From positions 1-52,425 of IMG/VR virus record IMGVR_UViG_3300033508_000175: 52,425 nucleotides of DNA. The stretch is one strand, 5' to 3'. Source of the DNA: a virus. Taxonomy: Duplodnaviria > Caudoviricetes. Position numbers and translations under genes: made by a program. Positions within the stretch are counted from its first letter, which is position 1, and each line of letters opens with the position of its first letter. The notes beneath the pieces are model-generated. The model was given only the letters and a program-made list of their open reading frames with translations. It made no database searches and had not been told where the DNA came from. This document shows positions 24,319 to 33,952 of the stretch, piece after piece.

Positions 24319-25673
24319 AGACTGTTACCCTTTGACGACATTGAAGATTTGGATGGCGCAGGGCCAGACCAACCGGCGAACTTGGTCTGCTCGCCCAGGT
24401 AGTGCAGGTTGATCACGCCGCACCGGCCATTGCGGTTTTTCGCAATCGAGCACTTGGCGTAGTGGGTCCAATCGCCACCCAGCTCCGGCTTGGCCTGGAT
24501 CGGGCGATGCACGAACACCACCACGTCGGCGTCCTGCTCGATGGCGCCGGAATCACGCAGATCACTGAGCTGCGGTGTGGCGTCGATGCGTTCCTCGACT
24601 TTGCGATTGACCTGGGCCAGACAGAGCACGGCCATGTCCAGCTCTTTGCCCAGCGTCTTCAGGCCGCGGCTGATTTCCTCCAGCTGGTACGCCCGCTGCT
24701 GCTTGGCGTCCAGGCCGGACATCAGGCCGATGTAATCCACGATCAGCACGTTCAAACCGTGCAGCCGCTTGATGGCGCGCGCCTTGCTGCGCACTTGGTT
24801 GATGTTCAGGCCACCCTGGTCGGTAACGAAGAAGTTCAGCCGCTTGGACCGCTCCACGCCCTCCACCACCCGGTCCCACTGCAGGCCACGGTTCGGCCGC
24901 TTGACATGCGACAAGCTGACGTTGCCCACCATGGCGGTCATGCGGTCACGCACCTCGGTGTGAGGCATTTCCATCGACAGCATCGCCACCGAGTAGTGCT
25001 CCGACATGGCCAAGCCAATGGTCATCGCCAGCGCGGTCTTGCCCATGGATGGTCGGGCACCGATGATCACCAGTTCACCCGGGCGAAAGCCACCCTCCAG
25101 CAAGTCGTCCAGGTCGGTCAGGCCGGTGGCCCAGGCCCTGACCTTGCCGTCGGCCCGGTCCTCCAGCACCTGGGTGTGGCTGCTCATGCCCTGGTAGGCG
25201 CTGACCCATTCGTCCCGCGGCGCGTCATCGATCAGCTTCACCAGCTGGCCCTGCGCGGCCTCCACGCGGTCCTCGATGGTGCGGTTATGGTCCTGCGCCA
25301 GTTCGGTGATTTCGGCACTGACCGACAGCAGCGCCCGGCTTTTGAACCGTTCAATCACCACGTCGGCATAGCGCCGGATGTTGGCCGCGCTGGGCACGTA
25401 CTGCGCCAAGGCGTTCAGCTCGGACAACTCGACCCGGCCCTCCAGCGCCATCGCCACGGTGACCACATCGCACTGGTGACCGCGGCCGATCTGGGCTGAG
25501 ATTTCGGCGAAGATTTCGCGGTTCAACGAGGTGAAAAAGTGCTCGGCCTTCAGGCGGTCGCTGATGCGGTCGAAAGCGCCGTTGTCCAGCAGCAAGCCGC
25601 CGATCAGGCCGTTTTCAGCGTCGATGCTGGCGACGGCTTCGGTGAAATATTTGGTTTCTGTGGGGGCGTTCAT
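24315..25673 (-). CDS. dnaB: replicative DNA helicase
   Basis: GARPSMGKT, SMEM, VDYIGL, LRDSGAIEQDAD, KNRNG. Confidence 0.95.
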   Translation of the reverse strand: MNAPTETKYFTEAVASIDAENGLIGGLLLDNGAFDRISDRLKAEHFFTSLNREIFAEISAQIGRGHQCDVVTVAMALEGRVELSELNALAQYVPSAANIRRYADVVIERFKSRALLSVSAEITELAQDHNRTIEDRVEAAQGQLVKLIDDAPRDEWVSAYQGMSSHTQVLEDRADGKVRAWATGLTDLDDLLEGGFRPGELVIIGARPSMGKTALAMTIGLAMSEHYSVAMLSMEMPHTEVRDRMTAMVGNVSLSHVKRPNRGLQWDRVVEGVERSKRLNFFVTDQGGLNINQVRSKARAIKRLHGLNVLIVDYIGLMSGLDAKQQRAYQLEEISRGLKTLGKELDMAVLCLAQVNRKVEERIDATPQLSDLRDSGAIEQDADVVVFVHRPIQAKPELGGDWTHYAKCSIAKNRNGRCGVINLHYLGEQTKFAGWSGPAPSKSSMSSKGNSL

Positions 25674-26482
25674 GATGCGTCCGTTTTGTTTTCGTACTTG
25701 CCGGACAAGACTTTTTCAAAGTTCGACTGGTTGACCAGCCACCCAAGGTCACAGGTGAACTTGCCGTTTTTGCCGGTCAAGAAATCGGACTTGGCGACGT
25801 ACTCGAAAAAACGCGTAAACCAAGCTACACCATCGTCTTTCGACAACGCCATGCGCTGGCCAGCACGCTTGCCAGATTCGTATTTCTCGGTCAAGACCCA
25901 GCGCCACCGGGAACGCAGTGCTGGTGCGTTCTTGCCAGCCCTCCACAAACTTTTTCTCGGCTGAGCCATCGCTGGCAGGCATTGGGCAAAAAGATCGATG
26001 AGGTCTTCGTGAGGGCAGTCGGGGATTTCCGATCCCGACGAAGGAGCTTTAGCTCCTTGGTATTCTTCTAAGCTATGAGGAGTTAAACCAGGGATATCCG
26101 AATTGGTTTCATCTTGGAAACCCACTGGGTTATTGTTTTCAAACTCAATCGGTTCCTTTCTTGGTCGTCCGCCCTTCGTTCCATTTAACCTAGCAGCTTC
26201 CAAAGAAGGTGATGCCAGGTTCAATTCAATGGAAGCCCGTGGGTTATGGCGCAGGCCGCTGTCACCAACCGGAAAGTACAGATCTGCCACAACACGCACG
26301 GCAGACTGCTCGTCCTTGGTCATAGCCCGGCAAATGCGAAACAGCTCGCTCACATCAGCCGGTAACGGTGATTCAGTTGAATAGACCTCATCCAAAAGCA
26401 GCGTGTAAGCACCGTGCTGGGCCAGCGTCAACCGCGCCGTTTTTTTGGCGTAGTCAGACATGAAGCGCTTGTAGAAATTCAT
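25670..26482 (-). CDS. replication initiator (YdaU/DUF1376-like)
   Basis: MNFYKRFMSDY...HGAYTLLLD...NGTKGGRP; C-terminal NFEKVLSGKY. Confidence 0.85.
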   Translation of the reverse strand: MNFYKRFMSDYAKKTARLTLAQHGAYTLLLDEVYSTESPLPADVSELFRICRAMTKDEQSAVRVVADLYFPVGDSGLRHNPRASIELNLASPSLEAARLNGTKGGRPRKEPIEFENNNPVGFQDETNSDIPGLTPHSLEEYQGAKAPSSGSEIPDCPHEDLIDLFAQCLPAMAQPRKSLWRAGKNAPALRSRWRWVLTEKYESGKRAGQRMALSKDDGVAWFTRFFEYVAKSDFLTGKNGKFTCDLGWLVNQSNFEKVLSGKYENKTDAS

Positions 26483-26490
26483 GCAAATGC

Positions 26491-26751
26491 CTACAGGCGA
26501 CTCGCGGCAGTTGAGTCATCCACGGGCCACGGCTCACAGACGCCCGCCAGGCTTTCGTGGTCATCAATCTGATCTGCAAGCCGAATCAGCTCAGCAGCAA
26601 TTACGCGCGCTCTTGCGGCTGAAAACGTCACTATCGCAACACTTGTGGCTTCGCAGTTCAGGCACTCCTCGTCGGGCTGAGAAACGGCGATGAAACTGTC
26701 TTCGGTAAGAAAGACATCAGTCATGGATTCTTTTGGTAGCAGCATGATCAC
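26491..26751 (-). CDS. hypothetical protein
   Basis: Co-oriented ORF with GAAGGGG RBS. Confidence 0.5.
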   Translation of the reverse strand: MIMLLPKESMTDVFLTEDSFIAVSQPDEECLNCEATSVAIVTFSAARARVIAAELIRLADQIDDHESLAGVCEPWPVDDSTAASRL

Positions 26752-26893
26752 CCCTTCACCACCCGATAGAACACAGTGGCAGGCAGCGGGTGAGTCTGCT
26801 TTTCCCTTCGGGGAGCAAACCCGTTGGTAGCCATGTGAAAACCTTTAGCACCACCTGAAATCCAGCAAACCCATACGGCAAAACACGTATCCA

Positions 26894-27130
26894 TCAAGTA
26901 ACCCCCTTGTCGCGCTGCACTTGACCTTGATCAAACATCACGGCGCGACGATCATTGGCAACATGCTCAGTAAACGTCTTCCCCGTAAACACCAGGAACA
27001 AGCCTTCCCGAAGAATTTCGGAAGGCAAGCACTTGGCTTGTTTTGCCAAGAAGGCAATGTGCTCATCAAGCTCCTCTGTGACCATCGTCCTGGCCTCATG
27101 GGTCAACTTGCCGGTGTGAAAAGAGGTCAT
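26894..27130 (-). CDS. small DNA-binding regulator (CII-position protein)
   Basis: Position downstream of cro; ribbon-helix-helix-like SEILRE motif. Confidence 0.5.
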   Translation of the reverse strand: MTSFHTGKLTHEARTMVTEELDEHIAFLAKQAKCLPSEILREGLFLVFTGKTFTEHVANDRRAVMFDQGQVQRDKGVT

Positions 27131-27238
27131 GGTTTTTGTTTGGGTTTAGACGCTTTGTTCAGCCGACAACATCGGCTGGAAAAAACGCCCGTGGTTAGCG
27201 GGCAAAAGCGGCCCCAGGCCGCCAGGGAGGAAATCGGG

Positions 27239-27982
27239 TCAGTGGGTGGTAGTGGTGAGGCTGGAGTCCCCCGTGTAGCGTTTGGCAACCCAGGCGATGC
27301 CTTCGGGTGTGAAGCGGGTCTGGTGGAAGGCATGCCCGTTGGCCTCGCCCGCCTTGACGGTGAACCGGCCAGCGTGCTGATGCGCGGCCACGGGAAGCCA
27401 GTTGCTGCCCTGTTTGAAGATGATCTTGTCGGCGGCCAGGTCGGCAATGAAGTCGCGCTCCTTGACGCCCAGAATCTTTGCCACCTCGCGGAAGCCCTTG
27501 GCGGACTTGGCCTCGACAAAGCGGTCAACGAACTCGACGGCGGGCTGCTGCTGCGCAACGACGTGGGTCAGAGCCAGCACCTCGGCCTCGGCTTTCAGGC
27601 GGCCCTCCTCGGATTCCATGGCCAGCTTGAGGATGTCCATCTTGGACAGTTCGACCTGTGGCGCCTGAAACTTTCCCGTTTTACGAATGGCTGGGAGCAC
27701 ATCCTTCGTCACCCAGCGCTTGAACCGCTTTGCAGCATCCAGCGTGCTGCCGAACGTGAGGGCATAAAGGCCGGACTCGTTGATGTGAGTTGTGGCCTGA
27801 ATTCCACCAGCGGTAAGGGTGTCGCGTTTCACGACATCCTCTTGATCGACATGGCGGGCAATAGCATCGCGCGCATTGCTGAATCCAAGCACAGCGCACA
27901 CCTCACTCGCACGGAACCAGAGATCGTCGTCATCCTGAATGACGGTGAGATCGTGGCCTTCAAAGACGTAGAGGTGTTCCAT
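27239..27982 (-). CDS. antirepressor (Bro-N + KilAC/ANT domain)
   Basis: WFRASEVCAVLG...INESGLYAL...FKRWVTKDVLPAIRKTG; QTRFTPEG. Confidence 0.9.
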   Translation of the reverse strand: MEHLYVFEGHDLTVIQDDDDLWFRASEVCAVLGFSNARDAIARHVDQEDVVKRDTLTAGGIQATTHINESGLYALTFGSTLDAAKRFKRWVTKDVLPAIRKTGKFQAPQVELSKMDILKLAMESEEGRLKAEAEVLALTHVVAQQQPAVEFVDRFVEAKSAKGFREVAKILGVKERDFIADLAADKIIFKQGSNWLPVAAHQHAGRFTVKAGEANGHAFHQTRFTPEGIAWVAKRYTGDSSLTTTTH

Positions 27983-28267
27983 TTAGATAACCTCCGCAAC
28001 GATGAAGTCCAAAACCGGTCGGCCACCAGGATGAGGCCAGCTCGGGTCTGGAATCCGAATCCAGTTCAAATCTGGCAACAAATCCTCGCAGGCAACAACC
28101 GCGTTGCAAGCCTTTTCAATTGCTGGGCATTTGTCGTTCGGGATTGGTCTGGTCTTTTTGATCCACTGAAACACAGCAGCCGGAAGAACACCAACCATCC
28201 TGGCCAGATTGGCCTGGGAGCCAACCCTGTCACAGGCCAGCTCGATAGGGGTTTTGTTTGTATCCAT
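27983..28267 (-). CDS. Cro-like repressor (YdaS family)
   Basis: GSQANLARMVGV...QW...CPAIE...LLPD; divergent from cI. Confidence 0.85.
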   Translation of the reverse strand: MDTNKTPIELACDRVGSQANLARMVGVLPAAVFQWIKKTRPIPNDKCPAIEKACNAVVACEDLLPDLNWIRIPDPSWPHPGGRPVLDFIVAEVI

Positions 28268-28275
28268 GCCGATAC

Positions 28276-28340
28276 TGTAGCACTGCTACACGGCCAGATG
28301 TGAAGCCCTGCTTTATTTATTTATCGATAGCATCGCTATA
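28276..28340. promoter_or_regulatory. three OR-like operators at 25-bp spacing
   Basis: TGTAGCACTGCTACA (28276), TGAAGCCCTGCTTTA (28301), GATAGCATCGCTATA (28326). Confidence 0.8.
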
Positions 28341-28942
28341 TGTCAACAGAATGGCCCACTAACGAAGAAGCGGCTGCGCTTCACAAGCGTTTTGACGACC
28401 TGAAGCTCAAAGGGGGAGGTCAGGCTGAATTTGCACGCAAGTGGAAAATTCCAGGCGGACCATCAATGGTCAGCCAGCACATAAAGGGCAGGCGGCCCAT
28501 AAGCCTGGAATCAGTAGCAGCGTACGCTGCAGGGTTTGGTTGCTCGATTCACGACATAAGCCCCAGACTGGCGAGAGAAATTGAGAAGGCAGCAAACGTA
28601 GGCACGATGACGCCATCGGAACCAACACAGCCCATCTCAGCTTTTACACAGAACCCTCCTCCAGCCCCCGCCAGCATTGCCCACACAGATATCAATAACG
28701 CAGCGCTATCCCCTGATGCGTTGCGCCTGGCTCAGTGGCTTGACGAGGTGCCCGACCCCGCGCTGAAAGCACGCGCCTATGCTGAGTGCATGGGCATCAT
28801 CAACCGGCGACTTGATGAAGCTGACAGAAACGCAGAGCGCGCTGCCAGTGTTGCTGCCGGTACACCGCTCGAAGAATCCCCCGATCTGCCAGTTGAGCGG
28901 CAAACCGTGAGGCGAACTGGTACTGATCGTCGCGGACGATAA
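28340..28942 (+). CDS. CI-like repressor (XRE HTH)
   Basis: GQAEFARKW...SMVSQHIKGRRPISLE...ISPRLA; no S24 peptidase motif seen. Confidence 0.8.
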   Translation: MSTEWPTNEEAAALHKRFDDLKLKGGGQAEFARKWKIPGGPSMVSQHIKGRRPISLESVAAYAAGFGCSIHDISPRLAREIEKAANVGTMTPSEPTQPISAFTQNPPPAPASIAHTDINNAALSPDALRLAQWLDEVPDPALKARAYAECMGIINRRLDEADRNAERAASVAAGTPLEESPDLPVERQTVRRTGTDRRGR

Positions 28943-29228
28943 CCGCTGACGGCGGGGTACCAGGCGGCCATCCCGCATCACAGACAACCACATCCCCCAG
29001 AGTGACAAGCGCTTGATCCATGCGCTCCATGGTCACGGGCGCGAGCCTGCGCAGTCTGAGAGCGGTTTGATCCAGGTGATGAAACCCAACGCGCCCGATG
29101 CCACCGATATATTCGATGCGCAGCAGGCCGTCAATCATTGAGCACCGTGCCACCGATGCGCCAGAGCGTATCTCCCAGCGGGGACTTTGTTGATCAAGGG
29201 GGAATGTGTGTGTGTGTGCATTAACCAT
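28800..29228 (-). CDS. hypothetical protein converging on and overlapping cI
   Basis: 142-aa ORF that extends beyond cI, so not simply a shadow frame. Confidence 0.4.
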   Translation of the reverse strand: MVNAHTHTFPLDQQSPRWEIRSGASVARCSMIDGLLRIEYIGGIGRVGFHHLDQTALRLRRLAPVTMERMDQALVTLGDVVVCDAGWPPGTPPSAVIVRDDQYQFASRFAAQLADRGILRAVYRQQHWQRALRFCQLHQVAG

Positions 29229-29362
29229 GCCAACGATTCAATCTTTTTGTTACAAATGTCACGCTAAGTTGACATTGTCTGTGCGGTGACAAACATAAGC
29301 AATCCCCCGTTAGGGGTTGTATTTTCATACAGTTAATCAGTTCTTACAAGTAGGTCCGCACC

Positions 29363-29387
29363 AACCGCCCGCCAAGGCGGTTTTTTT
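29363..29387 (+). terminator. intrinsic terminator
   Basis: AACCGCC-cgccaa-GGCGGTT followed by a T run. Confidence 0.8.
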
Positions 29388-29427
29388 ACGCCTGGATGTA
29401 GGCGTTTTCCCGATGATTGAAAATAAA

Positions 29428-29480
29428 TATAGCAATGCTACGGTTTTTGCTCGCTTTTAGCGTGTAGCAGTGCTACAGTA
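29428..29480. promoter_or_regulatory. OL-like operators and early promoter
   Basis: TATAGCAATGCTACG (29428), TGTAGCAGTGCTACA (29463); 29462-29480 is the exact 19-bp reverse complement of 28273-28291; -10-like TACAGT. Confidence 0.8.
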
Positions 29481-29509
29481 CATCCACACCAACAAAAACG
29501 GAGTGGGAA

Positions 29510-29746
29510 GTGAAAAAGCAAACCAAACAAGACATCCAAACCCTGCTGAAAGCAGGCCAGATTGCCATCACCGCCGCTGCGCGCCTTGCCAACGACGGCC
29601 AGCCCGCACCCAAGGACGTCGCAGAACTGATGGCTGCCTGGGGAACCATCGCCAAGGTCATCAACCACCCCCGCGCCGATTCTCACAAGGCATTCACCAC
29701 CGCCCAGCTTGACATGCTCTCCGGGCTGATGGGAGAGGCAGCGTGA
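29510..29746 (+). CDS. hypothetical early protein
   Basis: GTG after GGAG; first gene after OL. Confidence 0.6.
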   Translation: MKKQTKQDIQTLLKAGQIAITAAARLANDGQPAPKDVAELMAAWGTIAKVINHPRADSHKAFTTAQLDMLSGLMGEAA

Positions 29747-29979
29747 GAACCATCGACACCCGCATCCAAGGCATTCCATGCCAGATCGAATACACGGTCA
29801 AAGGCCGGTATGTCCCGGCAAAAACCAACGCCGACCCGGACTCCTGCTACGAAGCCGAGTACCCAGAAATCGAGTTTGAAGTCCTCGACCAGCGCGGCCG
29901 CCCGGCCCCATGGCTGGCTCGCAAGCTGACCGACAACGACACCCAGCGCATCGAAACACAAATCTTGGAGGCAGCATGA
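29743..29979 (+). CDS. hypothetical phage protein
   Basis: GIPCQI...LDQRGRPAPWLARKLT pattern; coupled. Confidence 0.7.
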   Translation: MRTIDTRIQGIPCQIEYTVKGRYVPAKTNADPDSCYEAEYPEIEFEVLDQRGRPAPWLARKLTDNDTQRIETQILEAA

Positions 29980-30188
29980 AAACCACCCCCTACGACACCG
30001 GCAAAGTCAAGATCGGCTGCAACTACACGCCACCCCAGCGCGTGTATGAACCCAGCCGCACCGAAATCATGCTGCAGCGCGCGCTGCTGAAAGACAAGTC
30101 GCCGGTCGACACCAGCGGCATCTGGATTGTGGTCATCACCGGCCTGCTGATGGCGCTGCCTTACATCATCCTGGCGGTGCGGTCATGA
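29976..30188 (+). CDS. hypothetical membrane protein
   Basis: MKTTPYDTGKVKIG; GGAGG RBS; C-terminal TM helix. Confidence 0.6.
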   Translation: MKTTPYDTGKVKIGCNYTPPQRVYEPSRTEIMLQRALLKDKSPVDTSGIWIVVITGLLMALPYIILAVRS

Positions 30189-30406
30189 CCGACGGAATTG
30201 CCCATATCAAATCCAGCCGCCCGAAAGACGGCGCTGGTATCCCAGCCGAAGCCGGAAACGTCCGGCTGATTGTGGACGAGCCGGACGAAGACATGACCGT
30301 CATGGACGCCATCGGTGTCCTGGCGATTTTGGCAACCAGCGCCACCGGGATGCTTTACGGGCTGGTTCAGCTGGCCGACAAGTTTTTTCCCAACATTTTC
30401 AACTGA
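30185..30406 (+). CDS. hypothetical membrane protein
   Basis: Coupled ORF with a TM segment. Confidence 0.55.
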   Translation: MTDGIAHIKSSRPKDGAGIPAEAGNVRLIVDEPDEDMTVMDAIGVLAILATSATGMLYGLVQLADKFFPNIFN

Positions 30407-30417
30407 AGGAGAGGCAA

Positions 30418-31662
30418 ATGAGTGAAGTTTTAGAGGAATTGGCGATCATGGCAGCAAGCCTGGAAATCGCCGAGTACAGCCCGGTGGAAGCCGGTCTGGC
30501 CGATCTGCGCAGCAGGCTGGCCAACGTCACCTATGACCTGACCACGGTCAAAGGCATGGCGGTGGCAAAAGCCGACCGCGCCGAAGTGCGAAGCCTGCGC
30601 ACCGGGCTGGAAGCCAAGCGCAAAGCGATCAAGGCCCCCGCCCTGGCGCACTGCAAGCTGATCGATGCCGAGGCAAGCAGGATCACTGCCGAGCTTTTGA
30701 AGCTGGAAGAACCGATCGACCAGCAGATTAAGCGCAGAGAGAGCGAGCTGGAAGCCGAGCGCGCCGCCCGCGAGCTGGCCGAACGCACCCGCATCATGGC
30801 CATCACCGAGCGCATCGCCGGAATCCGCCAATACGTGGAGCTGGCCGCCTCTTGCCGGACCTCAGAACGCATGCAAGCGCTGCAAGACAAGCTGGCCGAA
30901 TACAAGCTCGAAGGGTTTGAGGAATATGAAACCGACGCCGAGTTGGCATGGAAGCAAACCTGCGCCAAAGTAGAAGAACTGCTGAACGACAAACTGGCGC
31001 AGGAAGCCGAGCAAGCCCGTATCAAGCAGGAGCAGGCCGACGCCGCCGCCAAGCTGGCAGCAGAGCGCGCCGAGTTTGAAGCTGCCCAGGCAGCCGCCAA
31101 GCTGAAAGCCGAGCAGGACGCTGCAGCCGCCAAAGCTGAAGCCGACCGGCTGGCTGCAGAGCAAGCTGCCCAGGCTGCCAGGCGCCTGGCAGACATTGCC
31201 GCCGAGGTCGAAGCCCAAGCTGCCGCGCGCAAAGCTGCCCAGGCCGAACTGGACCGCCAGCGTGCAGAGCTGGAAACCGCCTCCGCAGTAGCCCTGGCTG
31301 CAGCCGAGTCCCAGCGCGCCGCCCTGGCTGCAGAGCGGGCAGAGTTTGAAGCGCAGCAGGCAGCTGCCAAGCAAGCTGCAGAGCAGGCTGAAGCCGACCG
31401 CATTGAAGCCCTGCGCGAAACAGAAGCGCCGGTTGTCAAAGTGGTTCAAGAGCTTGACGAGTTGCCCCTGCCTATCAGCCTTCTGGAGCCCGCCGCAACC
31501 GACGACGCCCGCGAAGAAACAGCCATGTGGAAAGCCATCACCAACGCCGAGCCATCTGATGCGGACCTTATGTGGCTGTGCATCAGTGCAGTTGCCAAAG
31601 AGTACAGCTGGACCACCGAACAAGCCACGACCCGCCTCGCAGCGGTGAACTGGAACCTTTAA
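30418..31662 (+). CDS. long coiled-coil protein (DUF1351-like, recombination module)
   Basis: LEAKRKAIKAP...IDAEA...LEEPIDQQIK, then an Ala/Glu coiled coil. Confidence 0.75.
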   Translation: MSEVLEELAIMAASLEIAEYSPVEAGLADLRSRLANVTYDLTTVKGMAVAKADRAEVRSLRTGLEAKRKAIKAPALAHCKLIDAEASRITAELLKLEEPIDQQIKRRESELEAERAARELAERTRIMAITERIAGIRQYVELAASCRTSERMQALQDKLAEYKLEGFEEYETDAELAWKQTCAKVEELLNDKLAQEAEQARIKQEQADAAAKLAAERAEFEAAQAAAKLKAEQDAAAAKAEADRLAAEQAAQAARRLADIAAEVEAQAAARKAAQAELDRQRAELETASAVALAAAESQRAALAAERAEFEAQQAAAKQAAEQAEADRIEALRETEAPVVKVVQELDELPLPISLLEPAATDDAREETAMWKAITNAEPSDADLMWLCISAVAKEYSWTTEQATTRLAAVNWNL

Positions 31663-31682
31663 CCACCAACCCCGAGAAAACT

Positions 31683-32795
31683 ATGAACGCACCAACAGAA
31701 ATCAGCAACGTGGTCGCCATGCCACCCCAAAACGCCATGGTCCGCGTCGGCGGAGCCGCCATGATGCTTGACAACGGAACCATGGACAAGATGATGCGAG
31801 TCGCGGAAATCATGGCGACATCCAAGGTCACCATCCCTCTCCACCTCCAGAAAAGCCCGGGCGACTGCCTCGCGGTGGTCATGCAAGCAACGACCTGGGG
31901 CATGAACCCATTCTCGGTCGCGCAGAAAACCTACCAGATCGGCGGTCGCCTGGGGTACGAATCCCAACTGGTGTCGGCGGTCATCAACAACAGCGGGGCT
32001 GTCAAAGACCGCTTTCACTTCGAGTGGTTCGGACCATGGGAAAAGATCATCGGCAAGTTCAAGACCGTCGAATCCAAGACCAAGAAGGATGACAACGGAA
32101 ACGCCAAGAAGTACATCGTGCCGGATTGGGACACCAAGGACGAAGCCGGGCTCGGGATCAAGGTGTGGGCCACCATCAAAGGTGAAACAGAACCCCGCGT
32201 CCTGACCTTGCTGATGACCCAGGCGCGCACGCGCAACAGCACACTGTGGACGGAAGATCCAAAGCAACAGATCGCCTACCTCGCGCAAAGCCGCTGGTCC
32301 AGGCTGTACACACCAGACGTGATCCTTGGGGTGTACACGCCAGATGAACTGGAAGAACTTGCACCACCGCGCGACATGGGTCCGGTGCAGGTTGTCCCAA
32401 CAGCAGAACAAGGCGCCAGCGACGAACTGGTAACCGCCGCCCGCGCCGCCGCCGCGCAGGGTAAGGCAGCGTTTGCCAAGTTCTGGAACAGCACGCCGAA
32501 AGACATCCGGCCACAGCTGCGCCACATCCGCGCCGAGTTGGACCAGACCGCTGCTGATTTTGACGCTGCGCGCACGGTCGAAACAGCACCATCCAAACCT
32601 GCCGCCGCGCAACCAGCCACCGCCCAGCCAGCACGCAAGACGCTGGAAGAAGTGATGGCCATGCTGGTGGCAGCCAAGAACCTGGACGCCCTGGCGGTAG
32701 CCGGTGACTGGATCGGCGACCTGGACGACCCGGAAGAACGCCGGGTTTGCCAGGCGAAGTTTGAAGAACAGAAGTTTGTCCTCGAAATGGAATAA
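31683..32795 (+). CDS. recT: RecT-family ssDNA annealing protein
   Basis: PGDCLAVVMQA...GMNPFSVAQKT...LGYESQL...DPKQQIAYLA...PDVILGVYTPDE. Confidence 0.85.
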   Translation: MNAPTEISNVVAMPPQNAMVRVGGAAMMLDNGTMDKMMRVAEIMATSKVTIPLHLQKSPGDCLAVVMQATTWGMNPFSVAQKTYQIGGRLGYESQLVSAVINNSGAVKDRFHFEWFGPWEKIIGKFKTVESKTKKDDNGNAKKYIVPDWDTKDEAGLGIKVWATIKGETEPRVLTLLMTQARTRNSTLWTEDPKQQIAYLAQSRWSRLYTPDVILGVYTPDELEELAPPRDMGPVQVVPTAEQGASDELVTAARAAAAQGKAAFAKFWNSTPKDIRPQLRHIRAELDQTAADFDAARTVETAPSKPAAAQPATAQPARKTLEEVMAMLVAAKNLDALAVAGDWIGDLDDPEERRVCQAKFEEQKFVLEME

Positions 32796-32798
32796 CCC

Positions 32799-33470
32799 AT
32801 GAAAGTCACCTTCAACACAGCGCCGCAAGGCAGTGATGACTGGCTGGCCGCCCGCAAGGGCAGGGTCACCGGATCCAAGTTCAAGTACGCCCGCGACCGG
32901 ATGAAGAATGGCAGCCCGACCGGAAAGTGCATCTTGTACGCCCAAGACGTGGCCCGAGAGCGCCTGGGTGGGTCAGCCGCCCCGGTGTTTGTCAATGCCG
33001 CCATGCGCAAAGGCACCGAGCAGGAGCCCGAGGCCAAGTTTGCCTACGAAACCATGACCGGCTATCTGGTCAACGAGGTGGGCTTTGCTGCCACCGACTG
33101 CGGCATGTACGGCCTGAGCCCAGACGGGCTGGTGGATGACGACGGTGTGATCGAGATCAAAACCATGGTGGGCAGCGACAACTTGTTCACTTGCGTGATT
33201 GAGGAAGATTACAGCGCCTACATGGACCAGTGCCTGGGCTACCTGCTTTTCCTTGGCCGCCAGTGGGTTGATCTGGTGATGTGGACCCCGGACCTGGAGC
33301 ACACCGGCCTGGGCCTGGTCATCCACCGCATCAACCGCTGCGACCACGAAAAAGAGATCGCAGCCTTGAAGGCTGACCTCGACTCCTTCGCCGCCATGGT
33401 GCGCAAGTTCGAGCACCAGCTGCGCGCCAAAGCCGCAGCAAACATCGACACCTTCAAGCAAGCCGCCTAA
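32799..33470 (+). CDS. YqaJ/lambda-type exonuclease
   Basis: QGSDDWLAARKGRVTGS...EPEA...SPDGLV...IEIK. Confidence 0.9.
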   Translation: MKVTFNTAPQGSDDWLAARKGRVTGSKFKYARDRMKNGSPTGKCILYAQDVARERLGGSAAPVFVNAAMRKGTEQEPEAKFAYETMTGYLVNEVGFAATDCGMYGLSPDGLVDDDGVIEIKTMVGSDNLFTCVIEEDYSAYMDQCLGYLLFLGRQWVDLVMWTPDLEHTGLGLVIHRINRCDHEKEIAALKADLDSFAAMVRKFEHQLRAKAAANIDTFKQAA

Positions 33471-33500
33471 TTTTTAACCACCCCCCGAAAGGAAATCACC

Positions 33501-33857
33501 ATGACCGCAACCAAACCAGAATCCGCCGCGACCGACATCGCGGACTTCTTCGCCGAGCTAGACGGCGGCAACTTCGATACCAAGCTGAGTGTCGCCCTGT
33601 CCCAAGTGGCCGCCGCCGCGATGGATAACGAAAAGACCGGCGAAGTCAGCATCAAGTTCGAGTTCAAGCGCATCCCGGGCACCGCCCAGATCCACTGCTC
33701 GCACACCCTGAAGTTCATCCGGCCGACGCTGGATGGCAAGGCAGGCGAGGAAGAAAAGCGCACCACGCCGATGCACGTCGGCAAGTACGGCAAGTTGACC
33801 TTTGCGCCGCCGAACCAATTGGAATTCATGGACAAAAAGACGGGGGAGATTTACTGA
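33501..33857 (+). CDS. YfdP-like prophage protein
   Basis: FFAELDGG...TPMHVGKYGKL; precedes DUF2303. Confidence 0.7.
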   Translation: MTATKPESAATDIADFFAELDGGNFDTKLSVALSQVAAAAMDNEKTGEVSIKFEFKRIPGTAQIHCSHTLKFIRPTLDGKAGEEEKRTTPMHVGKYGKLTFAPPNQLEFMDKKTGEIY

Positions 33858-33952
33858 TTCTGTGACAGCAGAGTGGCATGGCGCAGCGCCATAAGCTGAC
33901 CTGACAGACCGGAAAGACGGTCACGATTTACCAACCCTGAAAGCAAATCATC

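Noticed and set aside
29206-29218. (TG)n run as a phase-variation tract
   Set aside because: Only about six units, within an uncertain ORF, with no supporting evidence
30990-31400. Repetitive DNA as an array
   Set aside because: Explained by Ala/Glu/Gln coiled-coil coding; no repeat-spacer structure. No CRISPR, tRNA or rRNA was recognised anywhere in the window
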